Positions 25,617 through 37,713 of a DNA stretch of 64,000 nt are shown piece after piece. The stretch is from the NCBI RefSeq assembly GCF_000181795.1, contig NW_003526944.1, positions 2,055,797 through 2,119,796 on the forward strand, written 5' to 3'. The translations under genes and the position numbers were made by a program. Under the pieces are notes generated by a model. That model did not search any database and was not told where the DNA came from. It worked only from the letters and a program-made list of their open reading frames with translations. Within the stretch, counting starts at the first letter, position 1. Each line of letters starts with the position of its first letter. The DNA is from Trichinella spiralis. Taxonomy: Eukaryota.

Positions 25617-27083
25617 TCACTTCCAAAGTGGTGATTTGGCTACAATTTGCTGGAAAGGATTTCTTGGTGGTAACTTCGCCGTTCTCGTAGTGGCTTCGCT
25701 TTGAAATCCTGTTGGAGGTGGAGTCGGAAAAAGTGATGGATCACCGTCCAGTTGAAATGGCAATGGCGGTGGCGTGGGCAAATCCGATGCGGACATCAGT
25801 CCGGATAATATGCGAGAGTTTTCACTTACCTGACCACGCTGCTGTCGATAGGATGGCAACGATGGAGGTGCTGGGATGTTCACAAAATTCGACATCGGTC
25901 TGACTTTTCGAAATTGGACCTGTTGTACTATTCTTGGATTCCATGTTGCAGATGAAACTGGCTGCACATTCCGTGAATACACTGGATAAAACATGGTCGA
26001 AACTGAGCTACCAGCTTGTTGTATCGCCGAATGAGGTATACCTGGAGTTTTTTCTATGTAAGTTACACGCCTCGTTGTAGCAGGAGCCGGAGTATATATT
26101 CTTCGAATCGTAGTTGTCGGCGATGGCTTCGATTTGGAAATTCCAATTCGTGACGTCTGAAAACTTTGAACTGAAACACGATTTGAATTTTGATTAAGTT
26201 TGCTTGAAGTTAACGACTGTACAGCTGATGTTGCTTGCGCTTGTTGCGTCATTCTTCCCGCAGTTGCCACCACCGGAGGCGCAATTAATGAAGGTTTTAA
26301 TTGTTTTGCAAGCCCGTCTGCAGTTGAAGTCTGTACAACTGATGAAGATTGCACTGGCTGCGTAAGTCTTCCTGTAGTTGACGGAGGTACAGCAGATAAA
26401 GGTTGCCCTTGTTGTGTAAGTCTTCCTGTAGTTGACGGAGGTACAGCAGACAAAGGTTGCCCTTGTTGTGTAAGTCTTCCTGTAGTTAACGAAGGTACAG
26501 CAGATAAAGGCTGCCCTTGTTGTGTAAGTCTTCCTGTAGTAAAAGGAGGTGCAGCAGATAAAAGTTGCCTTTGTTGTGTTAGTTCACCTGTAGACAACGG
26601 AGGAACAAGTAATGAAGGCTGTACTTGGTGTGCAAATGTTCCTGTGGTTAAAGGAGGTGCAGCAGATAAAGGTTGCCCTTGGTGTGCAAGTCTTCCTGTA
26701 GTTGACGGAGGTACAGCAGATAAAGGTTGCCCTTGTTGTGTAAGTTCACCTGTAGACAACGGAGGAACAAGTAATGAAGACTGTACTTGGTGTGGAAGAC
26801 TTCCTACACTCAATGGAGGTACAACTAATGAGGGATGCACTAATGGCTGCGTGACTTTCGTAGCAGTATGCTGAGTCATGTCAAAATTGGATGACGGCAT
26901 CTGCATTGGTGATGAAGATTTTGCTTGATTCGCTTCAACAGCAGCTGCATAAAGAAGATTAACCATCATAGCATCTCGATCATTTAAGCCTGATACATCA
27001 GGACCCATTGCCTGACCCAGAACTAATATATCAACACTTATCAACTGTTTACATGCAAAAATCAGAATGGTTAACAACAGCAT
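25617..27083 (-). CDS. Single-exon, probably secreted P/S/T/Q-rich protein with 18-aa tandem repeats (mucin-like)
   Basis: 488-aa ORF with a hydrophobic N-terminus (MLLLTILIFAC), repeats of the type PLSAVPPSTTGRLTQQGQ and a Pro-rich C-terminus. Confidence 0.8.
   Translation of the reverse strand: MLLLTILIFACKQLISVDILVLGQAMGPDVSGLNDRDAMMVNLLYAAAVEANQAKSSSPMQMPSSNFDMTQHTATKVTQPLVHPSLVVPPLSVGSLPHQVQSSLLVPPLSTGELTQQGQPLSAVPPSTTGRLAHQGQPLSAAPPLTTGTFAHQVQPSLLVPPLSTGELTQQRQLLSAAPPFTTGRLTQQGQPLSAVPSLTTGRLTQQGQPLSAVPPSTTGRLTQQGQPLSAVPPSTTGRLTQPVQSSSVVQTSTADGLAKQLKPSLIAPPVVATAGRMTQQAQATSAVQSLTSSKLNQNSNRVSVQSFQTSRIGISKSKPSPTTTIRRIYTPAPATTRRVTYIEKTPGIPHSAIQQAGSSVSTMFYPVYSRNVQPVSSATWNPRIVQQVQFRKVRPMSNFVNIPAPPSLPSYRQQRGQVSENSRILSGLMSASDLPTPPPLPFQLDGDPSLFPTPPPTGFQSEATTRTAKLPPRNPFQQIVAKSPLWK
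26190..26835 (-). repeat. Coding 54-bp tandem repeat (about 11-12 units) with a 162-bp higher-order period
   Basis: tcttcctgtag recurs at 26421, 26475 and 26529. agttcacctgtagacaacggaggaacaagtaatgaag recurs at 26581 and 26743. Confidence 0.9.
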
Positions 27084-27816
27084 GCTGACAAATGGAAAAT
27101 TTTTTCTACTGGAAATGAAACCGAATGCAAGATGCTGTGCTCAGAAAGTAAATACAGCAAGTAAAATCACCAGATACAATGCTGCCAAATAATACTTCTA
27201 CTGACCTGATTTATTGTAAAGCCGATGAATATGACCGACGTTCTTATTAAACTTGTGAAGGGAAAAGTGGGACGTAAGCGTCGAAGCGTTGGAAGGAAAA
27301 CTGGCATTCATAAAAATAAATTCAAAATTGCATATAGCTCAAGCAATAACAATGGTTGCTTTTATGTCTTAACAGCAAAAGGAGTAACAAGAGAATTTTT
27401 AAACATTTTCCTGCATAAGAAAGCAAATGAAGAAACATATCGTTTATCGATGACAATGTTTAATCAATTTTCATATTTATAAAATTTGAAAGCTTGAAAA
27501 TACTTCCGCTTGATAATGATTACAAATGAAATATAATAAAAACTGGATTTCGATATTCAATCAAAATGATCTGTTTATTTGTCAAGAAATTCTGACATTG
27601 AACAAGATTCACCGTTGTGACTCGTTTTGTTGGCATAAATTACTTTATGAATAATCATAAATATAAATATTTCTTTTCACAGAACTAAAAATTCTACCAT
27701 AAAATTGCAAAGTAATTTGACGAAAAAATATAAATGAAACGAAATAATAAGATATATTTATTCAATGATAAGAGAGGTGAAATGCAAATAGAAATATGAC
27801 ATAGAACATTCAATAT

Positions 27817-29220
27817 TTGATAGACCGACCTCCTGTTTTGAAATTCTTTTAAAAATCCATTCAAATTATTAAAAAAAATAAATACTGTCAAATACAATAA
27901 AAATCATATCTACGGCTGAATCTAAAAATCATATCATATTTAGCAGCTACGGTGCAATATAGCTAGCTAACACATCTAACATCCGCATCTCAATTATTAT
28001 GATAAATATAACTTCTAATTTCAATTTAATTTAAAAAAATTACATTAAAAAGTGTTATTCAAATTCAAATTAAAAGTTATTCAAATATTATAATAATATA
28101 AAAACAGATAGTATTGTGAATTAAAGCTCACTGAGTCTTCATGCACCATCAGTATTTTCCTTCTCTTTCTTTAGTCACAACAAAAGAAGAATTTTCACTT
28201 TTGGTCATTTCACCTTTACCTGCAGGGTATTCAATCACAGTCTTCGAACATTTGCTGAACACCGTATCACATGCAAAACAGTTCCTGTGTTCACAAATAC
28301 AATGTTCGTCGTCAATTTTGTACGTTCGTTCATCAATTCCAGGATCTTCCAAATTTTCCATCTGCTCAACTGCATATTCTTCAGTAGCTGAGAACGCTTC
28401 ATTACTTGCACTGTATTCCATTAATTCCATTATTTCTCGAGTATTTAAACATTGCTTGAACATCGTATCGCATGTACAAGAGTTTTCCCGTTCAAAAATA
28501 AAATCATCATCGTTAATTGCGCACGTTCGTTCATCTATTTCAGTGTCTTCCAAACTTTCCAGCATTGCAAGTGCGCCATTTTCAGTAACTGAGAATGCTT
28601 CATCATTTGCATCGGATTTCATCATTTTTCGAGCCTTTAACCATTGCTTGAATGTTGCTTCGCATGGACAAGAATTTTTTCCGTTCAAAATAAAATCATC
28701 ATCGCNNNNNNNNNNATTGATAGACGACTCCTGTTTGAAATCTTTTAAAATCATCAAATATTAAAAAAATAAATACTGTCAAATACAATAAAATCATATC
28801 TACGGCTGAATCTAAAATCATATCATATTTAGCAGCTACGGTGCAATATAGCTAGCTAACACATCTAACATCCGCATCTCAATTATTATGATAAATATAA
28901 CTTCTAATTTCAATTTAATTTAAAAAAATTACATTAAAAAGTGTTATTCAAATTCAAATTAAAAGTTATTCAAATATTATAATAATATAAAAACAGATAG
29001 TATTGTGAATTAAAGCTCACTGAGTCTTCATGCACCATCAGTATTTTCCTTCTCTTTCTTTAGTCACACCAAAAGAAGAATTTTCACTTTTGGTCATTTC
29101 ACCTTTCCCTGCAGGGTATTCATTCCCTGTTTTTGAACATTTTTGGACCTCGGTAGAACATGCAAACCAGTGCCCGGGTTCACAAATCCAAAGTAAGTCG
29201 TCATTTTGTACGTTGGTGCA
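27817..29220. repeat. About 0.5-kb direct duplication (27817-~28330 vs 28716-~29220) flanking an N gap
   Basis: Near-identical sequence on both sides of the 10 Ns. The second copy has shortened homopolymers at its start and many mismatches toward its end. Confidence 0.9.
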
Positions 29221-30468
29221 CCAATCCCAGTATTTTCAAATTTTTCCATAAGTTCCAGCCATTCCAATTCAGCAGTTGCCAAAACTGAAAAGGCTCCATC
29301 ATTTGCATCGGATTTCATCATTTTTCGAGCCTTTAACCATTGCTTGAATGTTGCTTCGCATGGACAAGAGTTTTTCTGTTCAAAAATAAAATCATCATCG
29401 TTAATTGTGGATGTTCGTTCATCAATTTTAGTGTCTTCCAAAGTTTCCAGCATTGCAAGTGCGCCATTTTCAGTAACTGAGAATGCTTCATCATTTGCAT
29501 CGGATTTCATCATTTCTCGAGTATTTAAACATTCCTTCAACACTGCGTCGTCTGTACGAAGGTCTTTCCGTACAACAATAAAATCATTATCCTTAATTGT
29601 GCAAGTTCGTTCATCAATTTTAGTGTTTTCCAAATTTTCCACATCGCCAACTACGTTACTTTTTTCTACAACTGAGAATGCTTCACCATTTGCATTGGAA
29701 TCCATTAGTTCTGGAATGTTAGAACTTTTCCTGTATCCTTTTTCCAAACCTTCAAGCGCAACATTGCACAATGATAACTGTTCCTAAATTCAATGAAAAT
29801 TAACATCAGTGAATAAAGAATAAATGTTATATATACTGATAAGTACTTACAAAAATGCGATAAACACCATCTTTTAGAGAATTATAACTATCCCGCCGCA
29901 CTTTGTTTTTACGATCTAACAAATCAGTCAAATATTCTTTGAAAGTCACAAACTGATGGTTCAGCGAAATTTCCACATTTTCGTTAAAACAAGCAACACC
30001 GCTGTTGCTTTTCTTTGCTTTTTTCTTTTTCAGCTTCCTCGCATAGTTTTCATTTTTTCGAATTCTCTTATTGCATACATCGATAAATTTCTTGTCCATT
30101 TTTTGCTGTTGCATAGTCAAATTCAATTTTTCCAATACAGTAGTGAATTTCGTGTCAACAACGTCGACCAGCGTTTCACTGACATTATTCATCGTCGAAC
30201 CCAACGATCGTCCCCAATGAAAAATCCCTTCAAACGACTGGTCAGAAGAAGCGCCAATTTCCACATGCTTCATGACGTCTTCCAAACTTCTGAAAAATTC
30301 GCTCGACAACTTTTTCGTTTCAATAATTTTGCGACTCAAATGCTTCGATTTCGTAACCAAATCCTGAACCATCGGGATAGCTTCCTTCAAACATCTGCAC
30401 AGCTCATCGTGCAAACAAACCTTCTCGTTGATCACGTCCATTTTGATTGCGTACTTCAAACAATGCAT
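28149..30468 (-). CDS. Divergent IMD/I-BAR-like helical domain followed by 64-aa acidic/Cys repeats. The 3' part is disrupted by the gap and duplication.
   Basis: Exon 30468-29851, intron 29850-29784, then a repeat exon. N-terminal EAIPMVQDLVTKSKHLSRKIIETKKLSSEFFRSLEDV and KMDKKF..ARKLKKKKAKK resemble MIM/IRSp53 IMD helices by eye. The repeat period is 192 bp (29301 vs 29493). Confidence 0.6.
28706..28715. other. Assembly gap (10 N)
   Basis: Run of n characters. Confidence 1.
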
Positions 30469-32421
30469 CGTCCAAGCCGACACCGTTCAGCAGAAAAAAT
30501 CTCGATCAAATGAAGTGAACTATCACTGCACATAGTTTAATTCTTTCCCAGTTTAAACAAAAACTCGAAACTATCTGTATTTTAAAGTTCATTTAAGTTT
30601 AAAGTTTTCATTAAAATAAAACTCAGTCGTCAATTGAAATCACTTACTGTCTAATACTACATCATACAATTTCAAAACAATTTTATGAGAAAAACTGTTT
30701 ACAGTAATCCAATAATCAATAGTTACTGTAAAATTTTCTCTAAGTTTCTCTATAAAATTTCAAAATAAAACTGAACTGAACGAAAATCACATTAAATGCA
30801 AAAGATTACAAATATTCTTCTAACTAGCACAATTACAGCATTATCACGAGTACTGAAAAAATAGAAACATAAAAATTAACAACTACCTAACCAAGTTGTA
30901 AAAAAATCTGTAAACTAAAAAGGCAAAAACCGTCTAAAAATGGACATAAGTTAATTGATGATATTTCAAATCGAGAGATCACAACCTAACACAGTGAACA
31001 GGAATTTAATTATTCGTATTAAACGTCCATTGAACAACTGCTATAGCTAGTACCACAGTACAGCAGCATGATGAAAAACCTTTCATTGATTGACGTTTGC
31101 ATCAGCATGACAAATTCAGTTTCGTAAGATGCTAACTTTGAAAACGAACTGCATAACATCTTGTGCCACCAGATGCAATAGAATAGAATCAAATTTGAAT
31201 TTTTATTTCAAATTACACTACAATACTACGTTAATTTTTAATAATTGCTCAATTAAAATCACTTACAGTAGACTCGATGAATTACAAAAGTCAAATAAAG
31301 GCCGAAAACAAACACACATTCATTAATTTACAAAATGGAACATAAACAGAATATTTTTCACAAGCTAGCTGTTACCGAATACGCTGCGCTGCTCTCCAAT
31401 CTGTGCAGTACGATACAACATACATAAATACATAAGCACACCAGTGTGATTTTCGAGACGAATTACGAAACCATTCACAATCGTATACAGTAAAGAAATT
31501 CAGGATCAAATCAATCGTACTTCAAAGCCCTGGGGTTGTTGAAGCACGTTACGTTTTACTTTTTTTCAAAATATGTTTTCTATTGATGAAATACGTTTCC
31601 ATTACCATTTTGAAATATGAAAAAAAATTTTTTTAATCAAATACAGCTATAAGCTGTTCTCGTCAATGTTATGCACAGATCCAACATTGAAAGATGCTGT
31701 AGTATTCTAATTTGCAATACAACTAAGTATAGTTTACAGTAGACAATTTAATTGATTAAAAACAAATTATGTTTTTCTGCAAAGCACTGAACTGCCACTT
31801 CGTTTCTTGTAAATAATATGCGAGGAATGAATGTTAAATTTGATTGTACGCCTTCAGCTATTCTTACAAACTCCTACTATATTTTTTAAATATTTTTTGC
31901 TAACGTATGTTAAAAAATCGATCTGAAAAGATTCAGATATTATTTTGATTTTAAACAAAAAATGCTGGAAACTTTTCTAAAAGTCTCACCTTATATAGGT
32001 GGCATGCACGTCAAGCTAGCGTTCGAAGAGACAAATTTAAAACACAGGATCAAACTTCTTTCAATTTGGCAATTTATCTATGAGAATTGACATACATTAT
32101 ATTAAAAGCAAACTAAAAAACATATACGAATAAGAATGATAATGTAATAATAAAAAAAGAATATGCTATAAAGCATATTGAAATAAAATTTAAAAGAAAA
32201 AACAACAAAGTTGAACCTGAATTCGAAAAAGAATAAAGTAGCAGAACATATAAGAAATGCGGAAAGAAGGCTTTGTTTTCAGCACCTTCACATACAAAAA
32301 GCATACTGACGACAAGTGCAAAAATAAACATTTGAAAATCGATGAATTAATTAATTAATTAATGCACACACAAAATATTTATAAATGTGCATAAAATGCG
32401 CCAGATTTTGAATCACTGATA

Positions 32422-34144
<1,723 letters not shown>

Positions 34145-35341
34145 TGTCAGATAAACTTGAGTACCAATGAAAACCGCTATAAACGTTTCATTGAAAGGAA
34201 TATTTAAAAAATGAGCTAAAACTTTGGGCAACTATCAACCGGAACGAACGACTGAATCTACGCTTTCACGCCTATCAGCAGAACGACCAGCGCTCAGCTG
34301 ATTTCAAGGCAAAAGAAACAGGCATTCATACTGTAAAACATAATTATTATTAAACACTTGATTTTCATATACAGTACATGGTAAACAATTTTATATATAT
34401 CGTCTAAATTTCAATTAGTATCTAAAAAAAATTTCCTCATTGAATTCTATAATAAATTCTATTATTTATAAGATTCATTAATTTCTTTTAAAAATTAGCT
34501 ATCATTCTTGCGTTTATCGGTTACTGTATATTATTGTTATGACGTACAATGGCAATCACTCGGAAGCGAACGAGAAATTTGGAAAGTTTAAAAATCATTA
34601 ACACTGATTAGATCAATTATTATTACTGTTTACTGTTTTTTTCCAATTTGTTTTTCTGCTTTTATTGCGTTTTCATGTGTTGCTAATTATCTCGCCTTTG
34701 AATGGAATCATCTGTAAATTAAATTAAAAGTAATGAAATTTTTAAAATAAAAATTTACTTTTTGGATCCGTTTCTACGTTAAATTATAATACTAAGCGAC
34801 ACTTCAGCTTACTAATCGCTTTTTAAGGATAATTTTCTAATAAACAGTAATCTAAATAAATAAGCACTAGTAGAATGAAGGAACCTGTGGGTAATGTAGT
34901 GTTCAACCTTTGAATTTACTACCGCATCGCATTGCACAACACACAATTCTGGTATCGGCGCTGTTTTTACGGCTTTATTCTTGTTTTTAATTTTTCCACA
35001 CGAAACTTTCAGGCGGAACCGCTTTAGCAGTGCTTTTGCATTTTACTGATAAAGCTATGCTTACCAACATCATAAAAATCCTCCGCATCGCTGAATATTC
35101 AGTGTACTCTAACTGTACTTCTAAATATGACTCTGCTGATCACAACTAACAACATTTTTTTCGCGAAATTTTACTTCTGAAAAAAATTATTATTAAAATT
35201 AAACTCTTGAACAATATTCTTACTTTGAAATAACAAAAGAAGATAAATAACATTGATTCTTTTAAAGCATCGAATTTGTAGTAATGTCGAATCTGTGAAA
35301 TATCAGACAAAAATAGAAACAATAATAACAGACGTAAAACG

Positions 35342-36884
35342 TCAACTGACGATAATTGTTCGTCCATTGTCTACAATCGGTTCCAATGGATTCGAAGCTT
35401 CATCTACTGAACACATTGAATTTGCCAAATATTCGTCCAGAGTTCTACGAGTACATTCGGCAATGAAACGTACGAACGGTCTCAAATCACCTTCATTAGC
35501 CAATTTCAAACTTTCGTAATACTGAAGCCTATCTTCAACGCGAATAATCACCGGCGGAAAGCCTGCTTGCATCAAAATCAAATTCATCAGCAGCCGACTG
35601 GTGCGTCCGTTGCCGTCAACAAATGGATGTATAACAACAAATTTATAATGAAGCAAAGCAGCTAATTCTACAGGATGAATACTCATAGCTGTATCAGAAT
35701 TCAACCATTCAAGCAATTCGTCGACCTCTTTCTCAACTGAAATGCGACAACAGTATAAAAATGAACGTCTGCAAATTAAAATTTCAACGGCAAACGTACT
35801 GTTTTCAGGCAATGAAGGTTCAAAACTGCCAATATAAACTTGATGAGTTCGAAAACGTCCACTCTCGACTGGATCGACGAAACCCAATACCCGTCTGTGA
35901 ATATCCAAAATGTCTTCGACCGAGAGCGATCCAATTCGATGAATTAAACTCTGATTTACAAACCGAAGTGCTGCGTCCATGCCGAGAATTTCATTATGCT
36001 CCAAAATGCTTTTTCCACCGATAGCCATACGAGTTTCTAACAACGATTTCGTTTGGACAAAATTCATCGTATTCCCTTCCATGGCGACAGTATGATAAAT
36101 GTGACTAAAGTATGCTTCTCTCATTGCACGACGAAGGCCACTACTTCCTCGTGGTATCCTCAAAAACTTGTTGCGCTTTTGATCTAAAATGCGCATCATT
36201 TCCGCGTCGATTTCTTGAACAATTGGCTGTGTTCGTCCTTTGTGCCTAGGAATGAAAATCATGCGACGCAGTCGTAGGCGAATTTGAAAACACAAATAAG
36301 CACACTCACCATTTCGCCAATGAATGATCAGGGGAATAGATCAAAGCACGGCTGAACATAAAATTCGCTTTAACAACATCGCCACCAATTTTCTCCGTAA
36401 ACAAGCCATAGCCAGTTAAAATGTCGGGATGTTGTGGCTGGAGAAAAACTGCATGTTCAAAAAGTTTACGAGCTTTATCCACTTTACCAGATTTCAAAAA
36501 CAGCTCAGCTGCTTGTAGTACCGCCAACGCTTCTGATTCAGTGCCTGAAATGCCAACCTGCTCAGCATACTGGCAAAGTAAGAGAACGTGCAAAAGCAAA
36601 AACGTATACTTTTTACCTTTGGCAGGTACTAGACTGGACTGCAATACAGAAGTATCTTCCACCGGCGAAGGCATGTCAAATGAAGAAAGATAAAAGGCTA
36701 CTTCTCGAGACAAATATTTCGAAACATTTTTCTGATTACTTTTAAAGCAATGCAACAAATAATCGGATAACCAACTGCGATTGTTGTTATTCAACAAGTG
36801 CAAAGTCTGATAAGCGATTACGGCTACGAGCAAAACTAATACAGCCAGCGTGTACCAGTTGTAGCTAAACATCGATTTGGGCAT
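35342..36884 (-). CDS. fic-1: FICD/HYPE protein AMPylase (TM-TPR-Fic), 4 exons
   Basis: N-terminal TM (TLAVLVLLVAVIAY), TPR helices (KARKLFEHAVFLQPQHPDIL), inhibitory helix HTVAMEGNT and catalytic motif HPFVDGNGRTSR. Confidence 0.96.
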
Positions 36885-37713
36885 CGCAAATGATTTCAGT
36901 GACTTTTCCACGCAAACTTTTATCATCGTATATCGTCTATATCTCAGTTCACGTAAAAAACAACATGTTCAATGAAAATCATGGTCTACTAACAACAACG
37001 TACAATATAAACGACACTCAAGTACAACCGGAATTTTCAGTTACAGTAACCACTGCCCTGTTTATTGAAATTTTGTTTACTTGAAGAAATTGAAATAAAA
37101 TTTGTACCATTAATAAACTTATCAACGAATATTGACATATTTATTCATGTCCTAGACTAATTTATTCAAAGGTATTCGTGTAAAATTTTGCTCATTAAAT
37201 TTGATCGTTCACTGATCCATTTGAAAAACGACAAAACGTCACGTCTTTTCATCATTCGTCATCAAATTGAAAACCACTCACACACCATTCACCATCGTAC
37301 GAAATCACTGCATCAGCTTCTATTTTCATCAGTTTGCAAGTTTTATTTGGCACAAGTTGCATAACATGCACAACATAAACTGCCAGCGATTAGATTGAAA
37401 AATAAATGCTCACAAATAATAGAAATGAAAGATGAACAAACAAAAACAGAATAAAAATGATCAAAACTGAAAAACACAGTTTGATAAATTTACATGTTTC
37501 GCCCAATTGTGAAAAAGGAGTTCAAAAAAAATTGGCCGGCAAGGGAAAGAAGAATGCCCGTGACTAGGTTTGCTTGAATTATGAAAAAGAGAGAAAAATA
37601 CAAAATATGCAAATGAATGGCCAATAACAAAAAAAATTAAATAAACTACGCCAAGACATGAATTGCAAAAAAAGTAGAAGAATATTTTTGTAGGGCGTAT
37701 CAAGAAATTATAT

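Noticed and set aside
26340..26830. Regular repeats as a CRISPR-like array
   Set aside because: Contiguous coding repeats with no unique spacers, in a eukaryotic gene.
26200..26874. 224-aa Cys-rich repeat ORF on the + strand
   Set aside because: Antisense shadow of the 54-bp coding repeat. It has no ATG start, and the minus frame carries the signal-like N-terminus.
28130..28151. Possible selenocysteine read-through at the TGA (GKY-TGA-WC)
   Set aside because: No UxxC/CxxU context, another stop follows six codons later, and no SECIS-like element was seen.
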